From the NCBI GenBank assembly GCA_001929475.1, contig LXFE01000309.1, positions 1 to 62,099 of the forward strand: a stretch of 62,099 nucleotides of DNA. The letters are read 5' to 3'. The DNA is from Neolecta irregularis DAH-3. Taxonomy: Eukaryota. The stretch's first letter is position 1; every line of letters starts with the position of its first letter. Below are positions 15,838 to 27,959 of this stretch, in pieces. A program made the translations under genes and the position numbers. The notes beneath the pieces are model-generated. The model saw only the letters and a list, made by a program, of their open reading frames with translations, searched no databases and was not told the origin of the DNA.

Positions 15838-16255
15838 TTAATCATACTAGGAGTTCAGTATAGACGAAAGAAAAGATGAACGTACGATATGACTTTCAGG
15901 GATATGACTTCCATCCTCCTTCAACAGCTCATTCAAGCCTTTCTTCCTCTGTTCTGCCAGTTGTTTGGAGAGTTTGCCCTCGTTGTCTTTACTTTCGCGT
16001 TTCCTCATTCTCTCCTGTACTGTCAACTTCAGTTTCAGAACAATATACCTCGACAGCCTTCGCCGCGGCTTCACCAGCACTAATCCTCGAGCCATTAAGA
16101 CCTCCCAACGCCTTCCCAGAGCCTCCAGAATGTTTATACTGTTGGTGGCTCTGCGGCCTTTGTTCTTGTTGACCGTATGGGATATTATTGTTCGGACCAC
16201 CCAGCTGGTGTCCTGCATTGCTATCGTAGGCCTCACCGCCGCACAAATTACCCAT
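15838..16255 (-). CDS. Small N-acylated SVIP-like protein
   Basis: MGNLCG start; GKALGG...AGEAAAKAVE|ERMRKR...GKLSKQLAEQRKK; final micro-exon YD* (15838-15846) after a GT-AG intron. Confidence 0.65.
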
Positions 16256-17745
16256 AGATAGGATTACGTACGGAAATTATTGCTGGACTGTTTTGTATTA
16301 CTTGAACAGGGTCGAGATATGTAAAATACCAGGATAACTTGTTGTGGAAGGTACAAAGGTCGGAATGTTGTTTTAGAAGATTATGCGAGTTCTGATCTAC
16401 CACAATGTACAAGGAGAGTCCCATATGTCGCTCGTCGTACTCTATTTGTATATATGCATCTGGAGATTATTGGAGCATACATCAGAGATTTTAGCAGTAT
16501 AGACTAAATATCCTTTTGCATCTTATGAGGTTGCACAAGACAGAAAGATAGATAGTGCCACTTGATAACATGTAAGCTGTAAGAACACGAGGTTATATTC
16601 TTACCAATACGCTAAGTGGCTTGGTGATATATAATTACGGCATTAATGATGGAGTATATAAAAAAGGGAAATACCTAGGTTAGGTATGACCCTGTATAAG
16701 AAGTTAAGTTTGACAAAACCTACTCTTATTTGTACCTCAAGTGTACCACCTACATAAACAATATTAAGATGAAACTCAAGTAACATTTTGAGCCTTTTTC
16801 AGCCTCATTGGCTCAATCCAAGACTCAGATAATTTACCTTGCGAGAATAACTAGGAAATACAACAACTTTGGGTGGCAGTAGAAATAAGAGACCTGCGAG
16901 TGAATTGTATACCCTGAAAGTAAATGTTTTAGCACATAAAAAATTGATTCTCTCTCTCAAGAGAAATTAGCTGACATGTATATCGATCCCTCAGGTCTAA
17001 TTGATGGTGCAAGCTGCTCTAATGCAATCGGTTCCTACTAACCATTATATACAGGGAATACTTCCTATGCTCTGTGAGCGAGATTCACGTGCTCTTATCG
17101 ATAACAATTCATTGCTCCTCGGGAAGCTTGAACATCACTAATAGAACAAACAGATACGGCCGTAAACATTACAGTGCTACTTCTCGCAAAAGTAAATCCC
17201 ATGAAATTTCTATATGACAGGATTAGGGAAAAGATAGAGGCATCAAAAGAATAGGAAATAACTGCATATCTCTGCGTATATAGTCGTCAAATGACTTTGA
17301 TATTACTATGAATGTTGTATTGCCGCGCCTTGTCTGGCAAAATGCATTATTCTCGAAGATATGCTCAAGATGGATCAGGAAAACTATGCGGAATAAATTG
17401 AAGATTTAATGATCGTTAGCCTCATGAATTATGACATACACTTTTCCTCCTGGAATGTGAAGAAATGTGGGAGTATTTGAGCGAGAATGGAAAGGAATGA
17501 TCGCGCGCTTGCTCCGACTGTAGGAACGGCACCGGCGATAACTGTCAGGGTAACCGCTCAAAAGCGGTGGCCTAACCCCCAGCGAACAGGAGAAGAGAAC
17601 CCTCTCAGTCACCACCCACTCGCCTCCTTCAGGTTCCTTCTGACCGGGTCCCATTTGTACGGACAGGCTATTCTGCGCATCTGTCGCCGAGAAATACCTC
17701 CAAGCCATCTCGTTCGCTGCTCTGCTTGTTCTCGTTCGATCAACA

Positions 17746-19203
17746 ATGGGCGCCTTACCCTCGCCGGATCACACACGCTTCAGCAGGGAGACACCCAATG
17801 AAACGTACTGTGACACTGCTGGCTGCCATGTTGTATGCTGCGATAAAGACACCTGCGAAGACGTACCCTTGCTTCCGCAGTGTCAGTATGGCGATGGCTA
17901 TTCAACCCCGCTTGACTATTCGGCTCTGTACCTTACTGTAAGTGTTTTGCTGTATGTGTCGCAGTTACTAAACAAAGAGGCTGGAGTGGCTGGGTTTTGT
18001 TTCCTTGAAGAGCACGTACAAGAAGCATGGAATTGTTCCAACGAACATCACGACGGCTTCCCATCTGCTCCACCCGTTAGCAACCAGAACCAGACAAATC
18101 CATATGGATCGTCAAGCCCAACGCCATATACGCCGAACCAAAATGCTTGGAATCCCTGGGGAGTAGGAGCTCAAGAAAGTCATCAAACATTCCCAGATCA
18201 GCTAATTACTGCTGCCCATTTCGTGGATCAAAACCGACTGCCCTCACGTACTCCACAACTCGAACAGTCAAGCTACTTCTCCAATGTTGGGCATGACTTT
18301 CAGTCGATTAAGTCTGCTCACGGTTCCCCCGCCACTTCAAGTACTGCACCAACAGTCCCGACACCGAACGATATAAGCGCCACTCCAACTTTCCAGGATC
18401 CTCTTAACCCCGTACATTGCAAGTGGTTGCTTGAGAATCCAGTAGGAACGCATTCTTGTGATTATACTCATGCTGACCTAATTAGCAGGCAACTTGTATT
18501 TATGTAATTTCTTTGCACGGAATGCAGAAGCTCTGCAAAAGCATATTGAAAACGAACATATCGGAAGTAGAAAGAATCAGTACTATTGTCATTGGCAGGG
18601 TTGCTCGCGGAATCCAAAGTTGGCGTTCACGCAGAAGCAGAAGGTTGTGCGTCATGTTCAAACGCATACAAGTATTTTGACTCTTCTACTGAATAGGGGT
18701 TTGATATACTTAGACTCAAAGCCCTACCAATGTCCGCATTGTGGTAAACGTTGTGCGGAAAAAGCAACGCTGGACCAACATTTGCATACACATACAGGCG
18801 AGAAGCCTTTTCAAGTACGCTCGATGTTCATGACGCCATATCTTATTAGTGCTAGTGTTCCAAATGCAGCAAATCTTTTGCTGCCCGAACGACTCTTAGT
18901 GTGCATGAACGAACGCACTCAGGGGAAAAGCCGTGAGTTACATATATTTTAAATATGATTAAAAAATAGTCTCCAATGCTCACATTGCTCGCGGACTTTC
19001 TCCGAGTCGTCTAATCTTTCAAAACATATGCGTATACATGAGAGGGAAAAGGCTTTTAAGTGTGATTTCTGTGAGAGCACTTTTACACGATCTGGTACCA
19101 ATTATCTTCTTCATTATCTAATCATCTTGACCAACGTAAACGGCATATTCGAACTCGTCACCCCTCTTTTTTTGAGAGCTGGTATGGAGCTCATAAGGCA
19201 TGA
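17746..19203 (+). CDS. Multi-C2H2 zinc-finger transcription factor, Zap1/ZafA-like
   Basis: Cys-rich N-terminus; fingers YYCHWQGC...FTQKQKVVRHVQTH, TGEKPF and SGEKPLQC linkers, FSESSNLSKHMRIH; last finger CDFC...RSDQRKRHIRTRH needs intron 19095-19129. Confidence 0.8.
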
Positions 19204-19653
19204 GCCATTCCATACTCTCTCCTCAGATATGTTTGGAAACATATTATTGTCATTATTTAGGAGTTTCTTCGTCAATCAGGAGACCTAGGCTGCAAATGGG
19301 TTAGCACCGACTCTTGGGTGCTGTTAATTTGTTGATTACCTTCTGTCACATTTTGGCTCCTTGTATGAGTAGGTTAACGGTCTTTCATTAGTTAAAACAC
19401 GGTAAACTCTGGGTCTGTCGACAGCGTTTGATCTGTGTGTATATACTCTTGTGGCATTTATAGAAGCATATTCTGACTTCCAATCCGGTACTATGGTGTG
19501 AAGGTGTCTTAAGAACTGTTCCAAATGTGTCGATATCCGAGCTCAGGTTTGATACTGAATGCTACATTTCCATATGGTAGTAGGCGTCTAATGCGGACGC
19601 AGTAGTGTGTGACAATATCCGCCGCACATCAGAAGATATAACACGATGTGTGT

Positions 19654-19683
19654 ACAGACTTGCTAACAAGTAAGCAAGTCTGT
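19654..19683. repeat. Perfect 11-bp inverted repeat ACAGACTTGCT-N8-AGCAAGTCTGT
   Basis: Seen directly in the intergenic region between the convergent C2H2 gene and VPS26; flanked by TG repeats. Confidence 0.85.
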
Positions 19684-20151
19684 GTGTGTATGAAAAAGGA
19701 AATGATATCCTGCAGGATCAAAAATTGTTCTCTTAAGTCAAGAGGGATAATAATGAGTTTTTCTACTCTGGCGAGGAGAACCATAGGACACAGGAGTTTC
19801 TCTGAGATGCGACGGAGATCAATATAACTCAGATGAATAGCTTCACACAAGATAGTAGATATTCAGCCATCAGTTTGCATTGAATTAGGCAAAATAATCT
19901 AATACGACTCAACTTCATCTGAGACTGACCTTAAACTCATGAGTGTTGCTGAACGTATTTTTCCAGTGCTCACTATGACTGATAATCTCATAAAGATATA
20001 TGGTTATTTTGCTGCCCGTCAGAAAGAGCTATGAAGGTCGGGATTTGGAATAGATGTTATTTTACATTAAATGATATAAAATAGCAACTTGAAGATATCA
20101 ATGACAGTTTAGAAAAGCGATTTTATGTTCAAAAGCTTAGTTAACTATGGG

Positions 20152-21280
20152 TCATTGATCGTTCGTCCGTCGAAATAGAGTAATCTCGCTCTGTTTGAAA
20201 TATCTTCGGGCATCTTCATCGACAAGTACCAACGAGAGGTAATATCTACAACTAAACTTTTTGTTGACATCCCGAAAGGTTGGGGTCAAATCGAACCCGC
20301 CCAGAAACAGGCGAATTGGAATAGTTTCTCCTAACAAGTAAGATACTCAGCCAATAACGAGCGTTGCTACCTCGAACTGGAGCGCCGTCCATGATTTCGA
20401 ATTTTGTAATGGTTTCGCTTTCATTATATTGGTTCGGCACAGCGCCTGTCGTCTCTCTTCGGATGATTGACAATTCCATATGCTTGATCTTTAAGCGGAC
20501 AAGGAGAAAATATATTTTCCCGACGATAACATCCTTCAGGTGATATCTACGATATCAGTAAGCACGGTTGGTAAGGGGACAGACTTAGATTTACTATACT
20601 CAAATTCAATATGCAAGCAATCTTCAATCCCAACATCCATCTTGATTGAACTATTGTTTTCGGGAGGAACGCGGTATGAGTACACCCACAGATCTTTTTC
20701 TCTCGTAACATCCGCCATTCGTCGACTCACTGTCACTCGCACAAAATATCTGGACTTCAGCACTCTTCGCTCCTCAAGACGTACCTTAATTTGACATTAA
20801 TGCCATGATAACTTTCGTATTGTTTCTCTACATTTTTGAATTCAAAGTCAAAGGTCTGCGCATGTCGCATTTCCCCGGGCGCAGCCAGTTCCTGAACAAG
20901 GGATAGAAATTCGTAATGATTCCCACGGTCGAAGAAGAGTTCTAAAGGAGAATTGGCATCCATTGAAGTCCGAGATGCTTACCGACCTATGCTGCCAATG
21001 AATTCGACTTTAATGCCAGTATGTTCTAGCCTCTTCCCATCTCGTGGACGAACGGTAACCTAAAGGTCAGGACTATGAGGTCATGCATGTCACATACTGC
21101 TCCTTTGATTGATTCTCCGTCGCAATAGAGTGGCACTTTTTCCCTCCTGTCTTTGCTCACCTTGACATCGACAGTCTTTCGTTCATCATCCCCATCTAGT
21201 CTGATATCAAGGTCAACCTTCCCAGTCAGCAAAAATATCTATGATAAGTATACCGGGCTCTTAAAAAACAACGAAGCCAT
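20152..21280 (-). CDS. VPS26: Retromer subunit Vps26
   Basis: MASLFFKSP|VDLDIRL, EKQYESYHGINVKLRY, IKMDVGIEDCLHIEFEYSK, FEIMDGAPVRGETIPIRLFL, RRYFKQSEI motifs across GT-AG introns. Confidence 0.95.
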
Positions 21281-21761
21281 TGCCGTTGATATAATATATT
21301 AACGATTGGAGTACAGCGTCAATCAAGGGTGTCCACTTTCAGTCACGTGCATGTTGGGCGACCAATGGCCCACGTGAAGCCATTCATAGCCTTAATGCCA
21401 AAGTATGATTGAGTTGCCCTCGCTCCCACCCACCGCAACATTGGTCAGGTGCTGAAATTCGTCTGGCTAGTCTAGACTGGAAATCCAAAGTTTAAAATCC
21501 TTTTTGGAGGTTGATTTTCCCTGGTATTTCCTCGGCTTCATTACTTGCTGGAGGATTAAAGAACCTTGAACATTGTAGTTTGCTTAAATTGGTTCATTGA
21601 AGTCTGCACATGATCTGCAGCGTCTGTGTTTTGACTATCAGCCATTTATCGCTAAATCATTCCAACTTCATCCATCTCATTCGCATCTCTCCAAAACACT
21701 AGAAAGTGTCTAGTCATTCTTAAGGCCTTGCGGCCCTTCAATTGCTGCTGGTACATTCCAG

Positions 21762-22368
21762 ATGAATAAAATACCAGTAGTTGTAGTTATAGGTCCTGCA
21801 AGTATAGACCATCCGGATCTGTTATTTGATGCTGACGATAGCAGGTTGCGGAAAAACTACTGTTTCCAAGGCTTTATCTGCTTATTACAACTACATTTTT
21901 ATCGAGGGCGATGATTTCCACTCATCTGAGAACATTGCAAAAATGACCAATGGAATTCCCCTGAATGATTTCGACAGATCCGTCTGGTTGGACCAAATAG
22001 TCAAAACAATCGCGGTGAAAGCTATGGAGCCTGGGACTTTAGGAATCACTGTAGCCTGTTCAGCACTCAAGAAGATATATCGATTGGTTCTGAAGAAAGC
22101 CGAGACTAGTCAGAATGTCGAAATGTTTTTCCTGTTTCTGAAATTGGATATCGAGACATTACAGAACAGAATTACTGCTAGGAAGGGACACTTCATGAAA
22201 AAGGAAATGCTTGATAGCCAACTAAAAACTCTAGAATCACCAGAATGTGACGAGAGCAATGTTATCATAGTCGACGCTAGAGGTACTCCCGCTGAGGTCA
22301 ACCAGCTAGCCTTTAGGCAATGGGGAAGAATTCTTGAAGAAAAAAAGACCGGGGGATTATCTGAATAG
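21762..22368 (+). CDS. Gluconokinase (GntK/IdnK family)
   Basis: ATG 21762; P-loop GPA(S)CGKTT across an intron; EGDDFH, GIPLNDFDR, ACSALKKIYR, RKGHFM...LDSQLKTLE. Confidence 0.9.
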
Positions 22369-23828
22369 TTTTGTCGATAGGATCTCGGATAGAAAAGAAC
22401 AAATGAAATATCCAGGGCAATGATGATACAACTGCACTTTGTATTGCAAAATTTGACGCTGACATAAAAGCACAACTGCCACCAAAGGAGTATCCAAGAT
22501 CATGAAATTGGTAGGGCTGTAAACAATACCATTTGAGGAATATTAGTAGACTAATCCAAGATAACTGCGTCAATGCCCGCGATATTGAATTTTTACCGAA
22601 TGGACATGTAAGATGGATATCTCACGATAATCACCTATTCCTTGCCTCCATTGTTATCGTGTTTCCGCCAGAGGTCTTCCGATAGCAAGAATTCTTCATT
22701 CACAGAGGATAAATTTGGCAGAGGTAAAATCTTGGGCATAGGGTGCGGCAAAAGTTGTGGTAGCGTTTATTAAATACAACGCTTCGAACAATGAAAGAAA
22801 AACATCAAAACAATGATGGCTATGATTCCGAGAAAGTAGGTTCGGAGATATGATTGGGGTTCTCATGTCTACATAGTGTACCTTCCTATGAAAGAAGTTT
22901 CGTGTCCGGAGAACAAAAGTCTTATCAGCATAAGTCGATTTATAGCATTCCTTTCCTTGGTTGTCAAATGGGGATATATGGAGTCGCTGCTAACGTTTTG
23001 GCGGGATATGACGCAGCTCGAGAACAATAGAGAATTGAACTCTGATAGGATCAATCCAAACGCATCACGTGTGTTAATGCGATCCTATCAAACCTTAACC
23101 CCAATTTGGAAAATCAAAATCATTGGTCATAAGTCTATTAAATCCTTTTTCTGACTGGGTTGCCCATACTGAGGAGTTAGCCATCAGGTTGCTCAATCAA
23201 CCTGAGCCAAATCTAGGTTTAATAGATGTTTCGGGTTCGGTCATATCGGATATGGAGACAAAGTGACTATTTGATATTTATCCTAAGGATGAACTAAAAA
23301 TAATATGTCTCATTACTTTGAAAGAGAATAGCGTTTCCCACGGGATGGGAAACTAAGTCAAATTATGACAATCCAGAAAATTTGCTTTCAAAGCGAAGAT
23401 CGCACTCGAACGACAAAAGTACAAAGGCCCTTACTCTTTTTTAAGTGTTGCTTTAGCGAATTCTTCACTTCCTGCTTGTAACTGATGCTATTTATACACG
23501 CTACAGGATGAGTGAAGAAAGTCAACTGCTTCAACAAAGCCGAGACAGGGATAAAAGGGAAATTGCTTGGCTATCGCTCTTCTGAGAAATTGTGGAATAA
23601 AAGTTGATACTGACCATGAATGATGATCTTGAAGGGGTCTAGCCCCTTACACTATCACATCTCTTTTGGCAGCAAGTTTTTGGTCTCTATGAAACCCTAA
23701 TCCCGGCACTACCGCAGAGCCAAGGATACTTGTGGTGATTCTGACCTTCACGAGCCCTTTGATCTTGTTACGATTAATTGCACCTTTTTTTCTCGCTTCC
23801 GCAAGCGCTCACAGGTTGAGTCGCTGAA

Positions 23829-26800
23829 ATGTCGCAAAGTATAGCCTCCGCCTTTATCTTGTAGGTTTGTCGAATTCAACGCGATATCTGATGGCTCTTA
23901 GGGGCCTGGTTGCCCAATCGACGATTACTTGCGCATTGTACATTCTTAAAAGACACTATAATACACTGTTATTCTATCGCAAACCAATCTTACTTCTCAT
24001 GCTTCTCGTTTCAACGTTTCTTTTCGAGGTAGGGCAGCTATTCGCTCTAGTCACCAGTCAAGGAGCATGTCAGTTTTCTTCAAGTTTCACGGCTATCGCG
24101 GAAAATGCAGCCAAAATATTCGCCAGCAGTTTGATCATGTGGAAAATACTGGACCATGCGGAATGCACAGGGGAGAATTATCTCTTCAGGGCTTGGGGGG
24201 TCGCCCGCATCGGTATCTCCATATTTACCAGAAGTCTGACCATATCCAGGTCTTGCCGTCGTCAATGTGACCTTGACACGAACCACCAATATCCCGCAAT
24301 GTTACCCTCAATCGGCTGTATTGCCGTCACTTGCATCAGTTTTCACTGATCTTGCTCTTGATATATACTTCCTCGTTCGTCTTTCGGTGTTACTGAATCG
24401 GACTACCACTGAAGAAAGACGTATTGACCACCATGTGGTTTTTGTCGCAATTTCCCTTATGTTGTTTCATATGGCACGTGTAAAGCATTTGAAATTTGCT
24501 AATAAAAGATGGCAATCATCCCGGATTTCAACCTCCTTGTCCTGTCCCTAAGAATTATCCCACAGACACTGTCTCTTTTGGTCTTGATAGTACTTTTTAC
24601 TTTTTCCCAGGAGCTCGTTGTTCCAAAGCGTCGAGATCTTACAATCAGTATACCAGAATCGTCTCCTCGAGTTCTAGAGACAATCATTTCCAGCAGGCCA
24701 AATTTTTCCGGTGCTGCATCACACAAAAGCTTCGATATCGCTAGAACTCCTGTTCTTGTGTTACCGAATAAATCATGGGCTACAGCTCGTAAATCTCTCA
24801 GTGTAGCTTCTTTGGGGACGATCTGTCATTCCGGCACCTCGCCGTCTCTATCTTCCACCTCAAAGAAGTGTGATTGTCACCCAAGTACACCATCCATCCC
24901 GTTGTTGAAGAGTGTCAAGACAACGGATCCGGAGGTTGAAAGATCGTACTCGTCGAAATTTGCACACTACCGCAAGACATTTCCAGGTGCTGTTTTGTCT
25001 CCTCTCACTGGTCCTCCAAAAGTAAATGCAGCATACTCGCACTCCCTTCACAGGTCTTGGTGTAGTACAGACTCCGTATCGAAGAAAGGTTCAGACGAGT
25101 TTGATCTCGAATGCCTACCCTCAGCTAAATCATCGGTCTTCCTGAAGACTTCCTTCAAAAGATCGAGGAAAATCTTAAACTTGATGACTTGTCACATGTA
25201 TGATCAAACGAACCATCAGTCATTCAGCCAATCGTCAAAGTCTCTCCCATCTTCCTTTAATCTCCCCAATAATTTCAGCTCGCAGAAATTCGAGACTATT
25301 CAAGAATCAAGTCCGGAGCCTTCACCAGTCTCTGACATTGATTTTTCGATAGAGACCGCCAGTATGTTACTCTTTCCAGGATCTCCCTGTGCAAAATACT
25401 TGCAATGTACTCTCTCCGACATCTCTGTTGCATCTTCGAATTTTTCGCGCTCAAGTACCCATATATGGGACAAAATGAAGCGGATATCTTTAGAAAACAA
25501 GAATTTGGAGACTAATTTTGTTGGTTTGATTGGAGGGCCTCCTTATCTGGGAGCACTGGCATCTCGTAAATTTCAACAATACGTGGATTCACTCTCTGAA
25601 AGATCAGAGAACGCACTGTCATCCATCGCTGCTTCAACCCCTTTCACCTCAAGAGAGAGGGAAAATCAACTACACCTAAAAACAGGACTTTGGGCTAGAC
25701 CGGAAACACTTGGCACTGGTAGTTCATTATGGACAAGAACAGATCATTTATGGAAGATGCGGAGGGTAAGCCTTATAGAAAGATCTTTGGTCATGTTTGA
25801 TCGATATTCAATGAGGGGTTCTCGGACTGTAGTGGAACCAGCTGAGGTTTTGGGGACGTTATGGAGACCACCTTCAGTGGCGACAGCATGCCATCCTACC
25901 TCGTAATTAAATTGACTTTAGGCATCGCAGCATGGATTGTGGATGCCTCAGATGTCTCGAACTTTCACAGCGCATACTTGGGAACCTGCTAGAGCTGAGA
26001 TTCGACATATTATTTGGGACAGCCTAGCTTTCCAGCAACGGTCTTTGTACCATGGTACCAAAAGACATCGGCAAACGACTACGAGTTTCCTCGAAAGCTT
26101 CTGCCGACGTAAGGGTCCAGGATATCGGGGAAAGTTTCATCTGTTGGCTGTAACCCTTTCCAGTGATGCCCCGATTGAGAGGAAGAATATTTTTCTTTGG
26201 AACTCAGGCAAAACCAAACAAGTGCGACCGACTGATTCCATTTTGATTTAACCGCATAAGTCCCAGACATTGATAAGAGTATTGAAAGGACCGCATGAAA
26301 CTGGCACTTCAAAGCAACTATCATTTTTCCGGAGAAATCAACAGCTCAAGTGTGGTAAGATAATGAAAGCTATCGGTTGCGCTCTGTATATTCGTCGTTA
26401 CATGAATGCCGACCAGCGACATTTTATTGAAATAATATGGAGACCAAATGATATGTGCTCTTGGGCAAGTCCTTTACAATGCAGTGACCTGACGAATAGT
26501 TGCAAAAGGTTGGAAGTCGGATAAGGGCTACCGCTAGTGTAAATCTGCAAGAACCAGCATCCCAGCTTTGGACACTGAGGACCCCTATTAAATGCGGGTG
26601 CCCGTTATGTTCCAAGCACTATTTTCTTTATGAACATGACGTTTGCCAGAAGATTGTTGAATCTACTTGCTACTTTTCTCGAAATTTTCATTCGAACAAA
26701 TCTACAGTAACCTATGAACTGAAATTGTTCAGCACGGACACTCTATGGAAGTGCTCGTTAATACAAAAGGATCAAGTGTGTCAGTCTATATCTTTCGTAC

Positions 26801-27185
26801 TAAATTCTTAAAGGATATCGAGCTTTCTCTTTCGAAACCGACCGGAACAATGGACACCAAACTTTGGCGGAGAAGCGAAGTGTTTTTAGAGCCAGGTGAA
26901 CGAAGTAATTCGACACCCATACAAGCCTCAACTTTTGCTTTTGAGGAGTTTTCTATCGAACAATCGGATAAGAGAATGCAGGAATTCCCAGAGTTCGATC
27001 TTCAGGAGGCTTCATCTGATCCTTTCTGGAGAGAACATAGCACAAGAGGTAAATCGTGCAAGAGTTCTTTTCAGACTAACACAAAAACAGACCGAATTTC
27101 CTGGGCCGATTTCCTCTCTGAAGAAATTACCACAATGAATGAGAACAATACGTGTTCAGGACTCGGAGGTAATCGATCTATTTAA
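23829..27185 (+). CDS. Uncharacterised 7-transmembrane (GPCR-like) protein with a very long Ser-rich, LW-repeat cytoplasmic tail
   Basis: Seven hydrophobic segments in 23867-24610, Cys at the start of TM3 (GACQ) and before TM5 (PQCYP); tail ORFs 24509-25906, 25937-26251, 26270-26524, 26500-26811, 26745-27185. The 3' exon joins are uncertain. Confidence 0.6.
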
Positions 27186-27387
27186 TTCTTCTCTTTTTAA
27201 CATCATAAGCTCGCTCATATTTTCTCTCTTCGAATAACAAATTAAGCAATGAGAGATATCCCGACGAAAGCGAACACCATAGCATTATATCAGTGGGGTC
27301 TGAATTAAGCTACATATTTCCCAGCAGCCCAATTGATTCCCCTCTATCGCTGGACAGTAACTGTTCGGGTGAGCGAAATGAAAAGAT

Positions 27388-27959
27388 ATGCCAATGCTAA
27401 CGATAGATGATTCTGGTATCTTGAATATCAAGTTTGCAAATGAACACCTAGACCTGCTTATTTGGGAATTGCGTTCTGTATTTGATGAATTGTCGGACTG
27501 GGAAGAAGATTTGCAAGATTTTAACGAAACAGCAACGCTCGGCATATTGCGCAGTGGAACGAATATCAACATTCCCAAAATTAGGATCACCTATTACGAC
27601 GCGGAGGACCATCTTTTGCCGAGCGGTGAATATCGGATTGAGGAAATTGCGAATGGAGGATGTACAACAGAACTCTAGATGAGATTGTTTTCGACAGTTG
27701 TCAGAAAACCCAAATAGGTACGTCAAAGTGCCGGGATTTTTCTGCTGGTTTCCAATCACCTTGAGATAAGTTCGAGTTCAAATACTTGTGTTGCCGGCAT
27801 ATCGAGCCAAACCCCCGCAAATTGCCCTCCCTGGCAAATGTGTACTTTTTCAGTCATGATTCAAGAATTAGTCGCCAAACCCTGGAAATTGTACGAGAGA
27901 ATCGAGAATCATGTCAGACACTACGAGAACCAAGGAAATTTATCTCTCGCGAAATTTAG
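27388..27959 (+). CDS. Small orphan protein, 3 exons
   Basis: ORF 27388 splices in frame via GTGAAT...TAG and GTACGT...GAG introns to end ...RKFISREI* (TAG 27957-27959); no recognised motif. Confidence 0.4.

Noticed and set aside
22869-23154. Short ORFs in the region upstream of the 7TM gene
   Set aside because: Non-ATG starts, no motifs and no supporting splice structure.
23620-23744. C/D box snoRNA (ATGATGA...CTGA)
   Set aside because: No terminal stem or recognisable rRNA guide; a similar pair at about 22420-22463 is too short.
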